Below, one piece after another: positions 44,593-63,226 of a stretch of 64,000 nt of DNA. Both the position numbers and the translations under genes were made by a program. This DNA is from the human T2T-CHM13v2.0 reference genome, Homo sapiens. The stretch lies in assembly GCF_009914755.1 (NCBI RefSeq), contig NC_060936.1; one strand, written 5' to 3'. Numbering within the stretch: position 1 is the stretch's first letter; each line of letters opens with the position of its first letter. The notes beneath the pieces were generated by a model. The model saw only the letters and a list, made by a program, of their open reading frames with translations. It was not told where the DNA came from and did not search any database.

Positions 44593-46420
44593 GTAAGAGA
44601 ATTTCTAAGACAGCATCTACCATCCCAGTTCTCAATTCTGAGCGCTTCTCTCCTTCTGCATAACTACTTCTCCAATTCAGACCCTTTAATCTCTCACCTA
44701 GACTATTCCAAGGCCCCTTAACTAACTTCTTTCCCTGACTCTAGTTTCTCTCTTCTCTGATTTCTCCATGATGAAATCACCTGAGTCTTCTTCCTAACTC
44801 ACACATAGGATCATATCACTTCAACAACCTTCCATGTTTCCTCTTGCTGATAGAGTCAACTCCATATTCCTTAGCAAAACCCTAAACCTCCTCGTGATTT
44901 AATCCAAGACCACTCTCCCAACTTCATCTCCCACTGCACACCCTCGCTTAGTCTCAACACTCCAGCAAAAGGAGAGCTACACATCAGTGACTTTCTGTGT
45001 TTTCTCACCTTGGCTCTTTTTGTTTCTTTTAGCAAGAGTCCATTCCCTTGATACCAGCTTACTTCTCAATGTACAGACCACAGTCAACCTAATTCACGAA
45101 AACTTCCCTGTTCCTTTCCGTTTGAATTAACTGCTCCTTTCTCTGTGCTCCACAGATTTTGCAAATGTCCGTCTATTGCATGTGTCTCATACTCTGCTTT
45201 GTTATTGGTACAGAATATCTCCTCCACTAAAGTGCCAGTGCTTTAGAAATGCATTTATTTCTGTATCCCTTATGGGGCTTTTACTATATGTTAGACATGA
45301 TTTCAAATGCTGCAGTTGGGTTAGTAATTTTTTAACCCTCATAACAACTCTAGGGAGTAGTTACTCTTATCCTAATTTTACAAATAAGTAGACCAAGGTA
45401 CAGGCAGGCTAGGCAACATGCCTACCACAATGGTAAGTGTTGGAGCTAGTCAATTTGACTCCAGAATCCTTATCCTTAATATGCGAAGTAGATATTTAAA
45501 CTTACCTGAACAAAGGCATTTAGATAGTTCCAAAGACTGATAGAAAATACTATAAAAATCAGGCAACAGCAATATTAATGAGCAACAGACTAAAGCCCAG
45601 AGAAAGTGAGCTGCTTGCCTAAGTTCCCACAGTGAGTTACTGGCAAAGACAAAGTAATATCTGGGTCTCCAGAGGCTGGCCTAGCACTCTTTAAACTAGA
45701 TAGATCATGGCTCCTGTGTGGTGCCTATGGAGCAAAAGGGCACGAAAAAGAAATGAGAAATCTAGTCAAGTCTTGTTTAATTGTAAAAGGTAATGAGGAA
45801 TTCAGGCAAGGATGGGTCTCTAGACACTGCAAGCTCACTCCCTAATAAACACATCTCTGCAGAAGAATTTTCTTAAACTATAAAATGCAAAAACCTAAAT
45901 CCATGGATCCAAGGAAAAACATGGGCAAAATGGAAATGGACAGAACCTAAAAAACAACAGCTAACTCTTTCTTCAGTACTTAGCATAGGCTGGGAGCTGT
46001 ATTAGCACTTGATCTAATTTAGTCCTCAAAATCAACCCTCCTTTTTTACTATTAGCCTCATTTTATAGCAAAACAAATAGTCACAGAGAAATGAAGTAAG
46101 TTTCCCAAGGTCAAGAAGCAGGTAAAAAGTAGCACTGGATGCATATTTCAAATCAGTGAGCTTTTCAGATAATAGAAGCTTATTCCTTGAAGCTCTAAAA
46201 CCATTTTGAATTTCAGCACTCTCCCACATAGTACACACTTTCCTACCCTCCAAAAAAAGAGGGATTGGAATAATTTTAATCTATTATTTGGTCCCCAAAG
46301 TCATCATTATGCATGTCCCTATGCAGTAGCTCCTTCCAAAATGGTTGTAAAGAGACAATGATCAGACAACAATGTCTTGTTGTCGGAGGTATGTGTCTAG
46401 TGTACAGTGTCCAACAATAA

Positions 46421-46733
<313 letters not shown>

Positions 46734-47008
46734 TAAATATTTTCTTAGTCCCTTTTCCTGCCTTTACGGTTTTCCCATCCTTTCTCTCATCAAAATACAG
46801 CAGCTGCTATTTCTGGCAGTTATGTTTTCCTCATATCCTCCTCTTTTTGTCATGGGCTGGGAAACCACATAATAGGCATGGTTAGAATTTGGTCACAACT
46901 TACAGTTATCAGCATTTGAGTGACAGTCTGAGACACTACACCCCAAGTAAATGGCTTGAGCAGAAGCAAAGCAATACCTTTTTTTTTTTGACTCATTAGA
47001 ACCCCTTC

Positions 47009-47104
47009 CTTTTTTTTTTTTTTTTTTTTGAGACGGAGTCTCACTCTGTTGCCCAGGCTGGAGTGCAGTGGTGCCATCTTAGCTCCCTGAAAGCTCTGCC
47101 TCCT
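47009..47104 (-). mobile_element. Severely 5'-truncated Alu (~75 bp of the 3' end plus tail)
   Basis: Poly-T, GAGACGGAGTCTCACTCTG...AAGCTCTGCCTCC; TSD TAGAACCCCTT on both sides. Confidence 0.9.
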
Positions 47105-47790
47105 GTAGAACCCCTTTCTTTAGCTGTGTTTCTGATCATTTAAATGTTAAACAAATGCTGGGAGGGGTCTGGCACTGGAAGGATTTGGGGATTAGAGGGT
47201 AACATTATCTTAAAATGATAGATTTTTTAGGGTAAATAAAAAGCAACCATTTTAAAGAAAAAATAGAATATTTTAATAGGATCAGATTATAAAAATTGAA
47301 ATGTTGCTTTTAATCTTTATTAAATATTTAAAGAGGTGTTATGGTGAGATGCAAACGCCTAGATTTTATACCTAGAAATACCTAAGCTATAATCTCTCTC
47401 CACTGTTTTCTGATAATTGACTTTGCACGTTACTTAATTTATCCAAGCTCCCATTTTTTTATTTTCATATCTTAAATTGTAGATAAAGATAAAATATATC
47501 TCATAAAGTATGTAAAGTACCTGACACATAACAGTTAGCTTGAAAATCCCACATAATAGAGTTGAGATCATATTTTTATTACTCAAACTTAAAATATGCT
47601 TAGCTTCAAATTTATACTTATGGTGTAGAATATATATAACTCATAACTTTATAGCAAAAAAGATAAAGATCTCTTGCTGTCTTCTGAAGCTAGCAGAGTT
47701 TTATATTCAGAGAATTTGTATGACTTGAACTTACTAATCATCATTTAAGCCTGATGGCTTAAATTTAGAAGTTTCTTGCTAAATAGCCGT

Positions 47791-47870
47791 TGGATGGATG
47801 GATGGAGGGATGGATGGATGGATGGATGGATGGATGGATGGATAGATGGATGGATGAAAGGAAGGAAGGA
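47791..47870. repeat. (TGGA)n/(GGAA)n microsatellite
   Basis: Direct inspection. Confidence 0.95.
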
Positions 47871-47934
47871 AACACTTGTATTTGGGCACAAAGTTAATAT
47901 TTAAAGAGGATACATTTTTAGATGGATATATACT

Positions 47935-48270
47935 TTTATTATCTATTTTCATGCTGATGATAAAGACACACCCAAGACTGGGCAATTTACAAAAGAAAGA
48001 GGTTTAATGGACTCACAGTTCCATGTGGTTGGGGAGACCTCACAATCACAGTAGAAGGTGAAAGGCATGTCTCACATGGTGGCAGACAAGAGAAGAGAAC
48101 TTGTGCAAGGAAACTCCCCTTTATAAAACCATCAGATCTTGTAAGACTTATGGGAAAGACCCACCCCCATGATTCAGTTACCTCCCACCTAGTCCCTCCC
48201 ACAACACGTGGGAATTGTGGGAGCTATAATTCAAGATGAGATTAGAGTGGGGACACAGCCATACCATATC
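47935..48270 (-). mobile_element. THE1B-like solo LTR followed by (TATC)n
   Basis: TTTTCATGCTGATGATAAAGACACACCCAAGACTGGG...GGGACACAGCC. Confidence 0.92.
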
Positions 48271-50903
48271 TATCTATCTATCTATCTACCTATCTATCTA
48301 TGGAAACTCATCTTTGGTAGGAAAACTATTCTGACTGGATTAGAATCATCATTTAATACAAGATCAATTTGGCAATACCTATCTGGACTTCAGTTTAAAG
48401 TATGCAGGAGCTCAGCAACATGGAGCTGGAAGGAAGAAATGAGAAGCCAGGTGGGATAAGAATGGAGGTAAGGGTGGCGTAGAATCTGGCCTACCTCCAG
48501 CTACAGAGCTAGGGAAGTTCAGCCAGAAAGTCTGAAGCTTAGAATCCAAGGGGTACAGCAAACTTGGCACAATTCAGAAAAACTATTACTCCTGAGTAAA
48601 CTAGTATGACAGATGAAGTGTGCAACAATGGAAAATTCAAAAAGGAGGACAGCAAGAACTCTCAAGATATGGGAGGAGAACTGTAAAGGTGGTCCTAGGG
48701 GATCTATTCATTTCCTATAGAGCTGGGGCCTGTAACCTCAGATTCCAGGATAATGCCCTAGCCCTCAGAGAAAGGAATTAGAAGGAGCAAAACAAGCTGA
48801 TTTTGGGGCCAGAGGAAATGGGCAGAGAGGTATGACTGACAAAATATTGGGGACCAAGGCAAAGGCCAAGGGGAAGGAAGGTCCCAGGCCAGATGAAAGC
48901 AATGGAGTAGCCATGTGACAAAACAGTGCCCAGCTCTCATTTAACTGTTAAGAGAAAATTCAAGGAAGCAACATGGCCCAGCACCCATGGCTAGGCCCTA
49001 GTTTCTGGGTCCCAGGTCTTGGTTTGAGACTCATTTTCAAATCCTCCTGAATACTAACAGTGAGGCTATATTTCTGCCTCACTTGGGATTACATTTAGAA
49101 TCAAAACATACTTGATGCTGGGTAGGGAGAGTCAACAACCCTAGTAATGAGAAATTGAAAAGACAGAAGCAAGAGAAACAATGTTGACAATATGTCTCTA
49201 AGATAAATGTATTCTGAAAAGACGCTTGAGAGCAAAAACTAAATCTTCTTTATTCATTCAAATTTCATAATGATGCCTTGCACAGGTGGGCACTACAGTC
49301 AATCCTCAGCAAAGGTTAAATGGAATCTATTCTCATGAGTACAAATTAACTACTCCAGTCACTAATTGTTACAAGTGCCACTTACCTTCTTTCCCCTGTA
49401 TATCTATAAACAAAAATATCCTGCCATATCCCCCCTTGCTACTCAAAAATATTTTCATAACTTCTGACCTTATCTCCATCTGTGCCCTGACTGCTTTTCA
49501 AAGAAAAGTGTTAATTATTTCCCCAGCAATTATCTGTTCATCTTAAATCCTCTTATCAAAGATATTTTTGACCTATATAGATTAGAGCTCTGAGCTCCTG
49601 CATAATCTTCTCATCACAGCATGCTAAATTTAATTAAACAAACATTTGTTTAGCAACTATTATGAGTATTAAGTGCAAAAGAATAGCAAGTATTTGGAGC
49701 AAATATGATTATGACAAGTTCCCTGTCCTCAAGAAGCTTTAAAACTAGTCAGATGAGCAAATATGAAAAAATGAAGTAAGCTAAAACCAAATGAAACAAA
49801 TAATTCAATGAAGATACAAAGAATGTGGATGAATAAGCAATTAATTCCTGCACAAACTATGTATATTATTAATATCAATATCATCTCCTTTGTGCATTTC
49901 CCGGAACCTCAAACAAATTGCATTTATTCTTTGCTCTGGTATTTATTCCAAACTCTCTGAAGCAACTTTGTTAGACTTTCTACCAGCTTAGTCACATGTC
50001 ATTCACCTCCAAGTAGACCAAAAGCTGATGCCGTCTCTGGCACAGAGACAGGTTTTTGAACACAGGGGCACCTAATCTCTATTTTTTGAGTTGAACAGAA
50101 ATATACATACACACACAACGAATATCTATTGTTTGAGGAGACAATAATTATTCTTCACACTTTTTGATTCTGAAATATTTCCCCCAAGCATCCATGATTA
50201 ACATGTTGAATTAGATAGTTCATTTCTCACTGGTTTCAAAACAACTGCTTCAGCTATTTTTAATAAAGAAAATTTAAAAATTATTATTCAATTTTCTGAT
50301 GTAGCAGCACAAATCATTTGTGGGGGATATCTAAACAAATCATTAATGTAAGATATGCAATGTATAATATCTATAAAATGAAATTTTAGCTGTATCTAGG
50401 CACAGGAAATATTAAATAAAGTTATAAACAAATAACAAAAACTCACTCTTGGTAAAAGTTGATAATTATAATCACTTGGTTATTAGTTTAGGCCAATATT
50501 GAAATTTATTAAAAGAAAATTCAATAATATTTATCATCTATATTAATTTAAAATAATTAAAATCTTGAAATTGGGGCCAAATCCAGAATGTGAAATGCTA
50601 AAACCAATAAGTGCATAATTTCCACTAAGGTATCCTCCTCCATGACACTGAATACAGAAGATTTTTGAGGTAAACATTTCCTTATTTAAAAACCTCGTCT
50701 GATCCTTACCAATGTAAACCTCTTCCCCAAGTCATACCTCACCCTAGGAATCCAAGGGCTGGCTGGCAGTTTCCACATTCAAAGTTCCTGGATCTCCAAA
50801 CTTTACAAGTTATTTCCCTCAAGAATTTTATAAGCAAGAATGGCTGGATAAATTATTTTCCTCATTATGTGACTGTGGTGAGGCTAGAGTCCATAATAAA
50901 CAT

Positions 50904-50993
50904 GGAAGGAAGGAAGGAAGGGAGGAAGGAAGGAAGGGAAGGAAGGGAAGGAAGGAAGGAAGGAAGGAAGGAAGGAAGGAAGGAAGGAAGGAA
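50904..50993 (+). repeat. (GGAA)n microsatellite
   Basis: Direct inspection; includes an uninterrupted run of about 11 GGAA units. Confidence 0.96.
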
Positions 50994-51302
50994 ATGAGGG
51001 AAGGAGGAGATGGATTCCATTTTATCCAATGGATTTACAATTTCAAAATCTCTAGAAATTATCCTAATGGCATTTAGCAAATAAGGAAACATTTATTAAG
51101 AAAATCTAATAGATCTTGATAAGAACAGCAAGAATCTGTGGCACTCGAGCTATGGCCCACTTTCTCACTCCATACCCATCTTAGCACAATGGAAGTTCTA
51201 CTCTGGGAAGGTGCATACAGGAAGATAGGCCAAGAAGGAAGAGAGGAAGAGAGGGAGGATGTATTCTATTTTATTCATTGGAGGTGTTCTTGAAAAGTTG
51301 TC

Positions 51303-51700
51303 TATGTTAGTTGGTTAGGGCTGCTTTAACAAAATACCACAGACTGAGTAGCTTAAATAACAGAAATTTATTTCTTCACAATTCCGGAGAATAAAGTTCT
51401 GAGATAATGGTTTCAGCAGGATTGGTTTCTTCTGAGGTTTTTCTCCTTAGCTTACAGGTGGCCACCTCTTCTCTGTGTCTTCACATGGTCTTTTCCTCTG
51501 TACCTATCTGTGTTCTGATCTCCTTTTCTTATAAAGATACCAGTCATAGTAGATTAGGGTCCACCCCAATAACCTCATTTAACTTTAATCACCTCTTTGA
51601 AGACCCTATAATCATATACAGTCACATTCTGAGGTCTGGGAGTTAATACTTCAACATATGAATTTGCGGGGTCTGGGGGAACAGAGTGCAGATCATAGCA
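51303..51700 (-). mobile_element. MLT1A/B-like solo LTR
   Basis: AACAAAATACCACAGACTGAGTAGCTTAAATAACAGAAATTTATT...CTTCAACATATGAATTTG. Confidence 0.88.
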
Positions 51701-52169
51701 TTGTCCAAAATTTTTTAATTAAATGTTTTATATTTATAGAAATAGTTTGACTTGTAATGGCATTTTGCGATAAGTTCTTAGTGAACAGAAAATTACCCAC
51801 TGCTTTATCTTCTATGTTAGTTGGGGGTTTATATAGTATAATGAAATTGAGAGTTATGCTAAAATGGTTAAGTAACATTTCAATAACTGGAACATAATAT
51901 TTTCATATTTATTAAACTTGGTACTAAAGTTATAATTTATTTTATAATTACATATCTATCCTTTCTATTCCGTTGATTTTAAGAATTAGACTTGATTTAA
52001 TTCTGCAACATTAAAATCTTCTTAACTCTAGTACCAAATTAAAACTAACTTCTGTTTAAAACTGTTGGGAGTCTTTTTAAACACCCAATAGTGCAGCCCT
52101 ACCAAAAGAGAGAATACAAATTGGATTCCTGGGAATGGGGTATATATAATTTTAAAATTATGAAAGAAA

Positions 52170-55978
<3,809 letters not shown>

Positions 55979-56345
55979 GCATTTTTAAATCAAGTTTAAG
56001 ATTGGAGTTTTAAGCCAAACTATGCTTTTAACAACTGAAAATGCCCTGAAGGTGATAGAATATCAGGAGACACTGCTATAGCAATAAAAGGAATTGTTAC
56101 ATAGCATCCCCTGGGTGCACTCCAGCTTTTCACCCTCACAGGCTAAGAAACTTCCTGTGCCCCAGTGTCTTCCTCTGTCAAATGAGGTTAATAAGAATAT
56201 TTCTATCATAAAGTTTTTGTGATTATTAACAATATAAATACAGAAAAAATAATTAGAATAGTTCAATATATACTAATTTTTAAGGAACTAAAAAATAAGT
56301 TTCACTATAGCCCGTTTGGGGTTGCAATTGGGACAAAATTTTTAA

Positions 56346-56655
<310 letters not shown>

Positions 56656-57650
56656 TAAAACATTTTATGTTTATACCCTTCCAAGGTAAGGCTCTTTAAT
56701 AATCTAGTTACAGATATAAAAGTCATGACATATAAAATTAAGCCTTAAAGTAGAGAAATATGAGACACAAAAGAAGATCAGCAAACAAGAAAAATTCTTG
56801 AAAAATTGGATCTGGACCATGTTGGAGTAGAGACAGATGTAGCTGAGGGTTTCCTGATTTCTTCACCTGGATATTAACAGCAGACACTCATTTATAACTA
56901 ATTAGAGTTTTCTCTACTGTTGTGCAACTAGTGACAGCAATTGTTTTAATAAGCTATATATAGTAATTCCACACCTCCTCCACAAGTGAATTCACTTATT
57001 ATCAAATAATCTATTTTCATATTAGTAAAATATAAACTATTTCTTTATACTCTCACCTTCTAAAAACAATTTAGAGTTTCTTGCAAGACTACATGAATAA
57101 TCACAAGATAACATGAAAGTGAGTTAAAAAAAAAACAGAAATGTAACTGTAAATACATAAATGCCAAGAAATGCAAAGGATTCAAATGTAGTTGTTCAAG
57201 GTAAAACACTATGGTCCTAATCTGTCTTTTGGTAGCTACTGGGAAGGCAGAACTTTGATTTTTCACACAAATCTGTTTCCTAGCCCTTTTACATTATCAC
57301 TTAAACCAAACTCTTCTTTCAGCCATAGTATATAGGCAAGATCACAGCCTCTGAAAACATATTCCCCTGTGTGATCACTCTTCCATGATATACTAGCTAT
57401 ATGACCTCGGGCAAGTAACTTAACTTCTCTGAACCTATCTCTCCACCCGTAAGGTGTAGATAATGCACCTCTCCCAAAGTTCTTTCACAGAGTCGCTGAG
57501 ATGATGTACATTGATTGTAGCTCCCACACCCTCACAGCCCAAAACAGCTGCTCAATACTTGCTACAACCCATCTTTCTCCCTCCTTTCTTCATTCCCTTC
57601 CTTACCTCTCCTAGCTCAATGTGGATGAAATATAAATAGATTCCCAAACA

Positions 57651-57956
57651 CAGCCATCCCTCGTATTCATGGGAGATTGGTTCCAGAACCCCTGTGGACA
57701 CTGAAATTGTGGATGCTTAAGTCTTTTATTTAAAATGGCATAGTATTTGCATACAATCTATGCACATCCTACCACAAACTTTAAATCTTCTCTAGATTAC
57801 TTATAATACCTAATACAATGTAAATAGTATGTAAATAGTTGTTACATTATTTTTCTTTGTATTATTTTGTACTGTTGTGTTGTTATTCTTAATATTTTTG
57901 ATCCACAGTTGCTTGAATCCTTGGATGCAGACCCCACAGATACAGAGGGCTAACTG
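57651..57956. mobile_element. MER2 (TcMar-Tigger) DNA transposon
   Basis: CAGCCATCCCTCGTATTCATGGGAGATTGGTTCCAG...ATAATACCTAATACAATGTAAAT...GATACAGAGGGCTAACTG. Confidence 0.85.
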
Positions 57957-59776
57957 CATTTCCATTCTTTAGATATTTTTGTTATTAAGACTGGAATAAA
58001 GGGCAGTTGGTCAAGTTATTTTTTTTATTGCCAACCTTAAAGGACAGCAAGGTAGCAGACATGCATAATGGATTTCCATTTTTGCACCAATTTTGAATGG
58101 AGTTGTATCTTCCCGAAACACTTGGAAGCCACACCCAAGCCTATCGAAAAAAAAAATACTTTATGACTTGGTTTCCCATCTGTCAAATGGGAATAGTTAT
58201 AATCAAACTTCTTGCCAAATAATATTTTTGTAAGAATCAGATGAGTTAGAAAATGTAAAATATTTAGAAAAATATAAAGAAATTGTACTGAAGGTCTTTT
58301 TTCACCTATCAATATGGTTCTTTCAGTGAGAATTCAAATTTAAAACAGTAAGTCCACCTACCCACCCCCGTAACTCCCACTCACACCTTCCCCAACCCAA
58401 GCCAAAAGGTTATCACCCCTTCTTAAATTGAATAAAGATTTTGTTTATTTTTGAGGGGAGTATGCTGTGTTAAATCAAGAGTAATAATTCATAGGCATCT
58501 CACTATTAGCATTTCTAAAATCTTCCAAGTTAGAATTACAGAATTTATTGCAGCTTTAGGCTATGCTGAAGGTATACCCACAATAATTGATGTCTCTGAA
58601 AGCGCACACAGAGAAAAAAATAATCTGAATTATTTCAAGCTGTTTCTCTTCAAATTTATGAAATATTGATAGAAAAATATAAATAGGTATTAATGCTGTT
58701 TTAGTAAATATTCGGTCTGGTGGAGACAGAGCATAATTTATCTCCAGCCTGCAGGACTAACACTAGAGTTGCCACTGATTCTGCATTAATAGCCAGAGGC
58801 ATGTTTCATAAAATCTCTATGCTCCAGGTTCCTCAGGCAGGAAATGAGCGCTGAACTCTTAAGGTATCACTGTGGAGAACACAGCTTAAAGTCTTCAACT
58901 CCTATAGAGTTGCTCTGCCCACAAAACCATGAGCCCGACACTCAATCATGTTCTGTTTCCACTATTTTCCCAATGTCTGCCTATACTACTCAGGGGTTCC
59001 ATTCCATTGCAAGTCTTAGATAACCCAAGTGACAGCATTTAAACCCAAGTTCTGAGAGTAATTACCAGTGTTGATTTTTCGGGCGATGGATATTAGAGCC
59101 ATGGTGTCTAATTCTCGTGGCTTTACTGCATGATCATGTCTTGGCTGCTAAGGCTCCAGCCATCGTATCTTTATTCTAGGCAGAAAAAGGTAAGAAAGAC
59201 TGTAGAATAAAGGCATGGGGTTGTCCATTGTATCACAAAAGCAAAGACCTTCTCAGAAGTCTCAAGAAAGGCTTCCTATTCATGTTTCCTTGGTCTAAAT
59301 GATATTTCATGGACACCCATAACATCTAGGCAGTCTGAAAATGTGATCTTTGCAACTTCTGTGAAAGGAGCAAGGGAAAAGAGGTTGGAATGAGTATTTA
59401 GAGAGCTATCACAATATCTGGCTCAGAAGCTCTCAATTAATATTTGACATAACAAGGTCATCAGAACTGATTTTTGCTCCATTGGAAACTGATATGGGTC
59501 AAATTTTGGGACTTCAACATAGAGTTCCCCCAAAGAAACTATAATGGTGAGCCAGTAATACAGACAATATCTCGGCAGAAAAGGTAGATGGATAGATAAA
59601 TAGAAGGAAGGAAGATAGATAGATAGAATAAATAATATAGATATCCTTTATTCAATGGAATAAAAATGTTTTGTTATGAAGCTCAGGTCCCCTAAACAAC
59701 TCATCCTCTCCCCACCCACCTCTCCTTCCCAAATACACAAACATACACACATATACAACAAATATACATTACATTA

Positions 59777-59910
59777 AGACAGGCACAGTGGCTCATGCCT
59801 GTAATCCCAGCACTTTAGAAGGCCGAGGTGGGAGGAGTACTCAAGGCTAGGAGTTCAAGACCACCCTGGTCTACATAGCAAGACTCCACTTCTATAAGAG
59901 TATAAAATAA
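59777..59910 (+). mobile_element. Alu left monomer (FLAM-like)
   Basis: AGGCACAGTGGCTCATGCCTGTAATCCCAGCAC...ACATAGCAAGACTCCACTTCTA with no right arm. Confidence 0.85.
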
Positions 59911-60485
59911 TTTTTAATAAATAGGAAAATAGAGGAAATAAAGTGAAGAAATGTTAAAGAAAGCCAACATATACACCCAAATCATTGTACACATCTGTAT
60001 ACTTGGGGAAAGTGTACAAAATAGATATGATAAAAACAGTTGTGAATCACACATTTCTGCTCCAGAATGGGGAAGATATTTTGCACCCACAGAAAGGGGA
60101 GAAATAAGTACCCTGTGCCAGCAGCATGAACTGTGGGTCTTGGTTGCTTTCCAACTGCCCGCTTTCCTTCTCTTTTCCCCTGTTCCAACTCACCTCTTCT
60201 CACTGAAGGGGAGAGAGATGGAGAGAGGGTCAGATAGAGAAGGTATGTGAGGGCTTAGGGCATCACTCAGACTGTGTTTGTGAGCACCAAGGCTTGCTTC
60301 TTCCACCTCTGTAGCATCTCTCAGATCACCAGATTCTATTCCCAGTGATACTTGCTGGGTTCAGGCCTGAGTCTTCTCTAGCCCTAAATCATTGCAAGGG
60401 TCACCAGTTGTTTGTTAACTGGTCTCCCTGTTCCAGTGCAGATCCACAGTTCCCAGGGTTATTTTCCCCTCATTCTTTAAGAAGC

Positions 60486-60640
60486 ATATATATGTGTATG
60501 TATATACGTATACATATACACGTATATATGTATATATATACATATACATACATGTATATACATATATATACACGTATATATATACACACACACATATATG
60601 TGTGTGTGTGTGTATGTGGGCATGCACTCACGTGCACATG
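60486..60640. repeat. (TA/CA/TG)n alternating purine-pyrimidine tract
   Basis: Direct inspection; a similar tract continues at ~61017-61145. Confidence 0.93.
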
Positions 60641-61016
60641 TGTATTAGTCTGTTTTCATGCTGCTGATAAAGGCATACCTGAGACTGGGGGAAAAAAAGA
60701 GGTTTAATGGGCTTACAGTTCCATGTGGCTGGGGAGGCCTCACAACCATGAGGCCTCCCTCATGGTGGAAGGCAAGGAGGAGCAAGTCCCATCTTACATG
60801 GATGCTGGCAGGCAAAGAGAGAGCTTGTGCAGGGAAACTCCCATTTTTAAAACCATCAGATCTTGTGAGACTTATTCACTATCATGAGAACAGCACAGGA
60901 AAGACCCACCCTCATAATCCAATCACCTCCCACCAGGTTCCTCCCATGACACATAGGAATTGTGGGAATTACAATTCAAGATGAGATTTGGGTAGGGACA
61001 CAGCCAAACCATATCA
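60641..61016 (-). mobile_element. THE1B-like solo LTR
   Basis: TGTATTAGTCTGTTTTCATGCTGCTGATAAAG...CAGCCAAACCATATCA; flanks ACATG/GCATG. Confidence 0.93.
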
Positions 61017-61301
61017 GCATGTTCATATACACATGCACACATGCACACATCCATGCATGTACATCCATAGACATACATGCATGCCTGTATATATATATAT
61101 ATATATATGTATATGTCTGTAGAATTGTTTATGTATGCACATACATTTGACTTATAAAAATCAAGTAACAACACAAGGCTTAAAATGACAAATGAACATG
61201 GCATCTCCCTCAACCCACCTCCCAATCCCAGTCCCACTTTCTAGAAGCAACCTTTTCAGACTCTTAGCTACTTTTTTAGTTATTTGCCTCCATATTACTA
61301 A

Positions 61302-61651
<350 letters not shown>

Positions 61652-61939
61652 GTTCTTTTTTAGTGTATCAATTCAGCATCATCTATTTCTGTTGTGATCT
61701 TCCTTTGGCACAATTCTGATGGCAGCATCTGTCACTACATATGGCTGTGCAAACTGAGCATTGCCAGTCACCAGGAGGTACCCTTCACTTTGGTACTTCC
61801 TGGAGACATGCAACATAGTGGCACTATCTTCCCCTTAGATGGAAGTTTTGAAAGCTGCATGTGGCCTGGGCCAGACCTGCCATACTCAGTCTCTCCAAGG
61901 CCACAATCAGTAGCCATGCACAGTTTCAAAGTAACTGCA

Positions 61940-62158
61940 TGTGATGGCTAACTTACGTATCACCTTGACTGGGCCATGAGATGCCCAGATATCTGATAAA
62001 CATTTTTTCTGGATATGTCTGTAAGAGTATTTCCATGAGAGATTGGCATTAGAATTGGTAGACTGAGTAAAGCAGATGGCCCTCCCCAGTATGGATGGGC
62101 ATCATCCAATTCACTTATGGCTTGAACAGAACAAAAAGTGGAGTAAGATTGGGTGTTT

Positions 62159-62242
<84 letters not shown>

Positions 62243-62540
62243 ACTGTTGAGCTGGGACATGGATCTTCTCCTGCTCTCCATTTTTCTGCTTCTCAAGCCT
62301 TTAGACTCAGACTGAAATCTATACCATCAGCCCTTCATCTCTCAGGCCTTTGAACTACACTGCCAGCTCTCCTGAGTCTCCAGCATACAGATGGCAGGTG
62401 ACAAATCATAGGACTTCTCAGGCTTAATAATTGCATGAACCAATTCTTGTTTGTGTGTATGCATGCATGTGTGCATATGTGTGTGTGCATGTGCATGTGT
62501 ATCTCCTATTGGTTCTGTTTCTTTGGAGAACCCTAATACA
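61940..62540 (+). mobile_element. MLT2 (ERVL) solo LTR with internal (CT)n
   Basis: TGTGATGG...TGACTGGGCCA...GACTGAGTAAAGCAGATGGCCCTCCCC...TGGAGAACCCTAATACA. Confidence 0.9.
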
Positions 62541-63107
62541 TTTCACATGTCTCATGCCTGAGATGACTATAAGACATGGCCCTGGTAGGGTAGTAAGAAA
62601 TTATACCAGAACTTGGATATTAGATGAGGTTGCATGCAGGTGGTACAAGAGGCTTGGAAAGTCTCTTCTCAGGACTTACCAATACCCAGTGGTCTCCACT
62701 CTCAACAGGCAAACAATCATCACTACCATACCATTAAATCACTCACAGTGAAACTGGAGGGACTCTAGAGGCTCTGCTCACCCACAGCCCACAATCTGGA
62801 AGCCATCTCCTATTCTTTGTGGAAAATTCTCCCATTTGTACTTAGTTCAGGAAGGCATAACTTGTAGAAGGGGTGTGTCAAAAGGTGAGACATCTTTAAG
62901 TACAGGAGCTACGCCTGTCTTTTTGACTGAAGCACATCTAGCTCTGAGCCAGGGCTTGGTGGATATGAAGGGACTGGGCATGCATTCCATGAAGAAGTCA
63001 TGAAAGTTTGTTTTCTGCCTCTATCTCTTTAGCAAGAGCCTTGTCTATTCCCTGAGAGGCTATATCCACTTCCAGGAGGCAAGACAAGAATCTAGGGGTA
63101 CACAGAG

Positions 63108-63226
63108 CTCCTTTCCCTCCCTCCCTCCCTCCCTTCTTCCCTTCCTCCTTTCCTTCCTACCTTCCTTCTTTCCTTCCTCCCTTCTTCCTTTCTTTCTTCT
63201 TTCTTTCTTTTCTTCTTACTTTCTTT
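63108..63226. repeat. CT-rich (CCCT/CCTT/CTTT) microsatellite
   Basis: Direct inspection. Confidence 0.93.
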
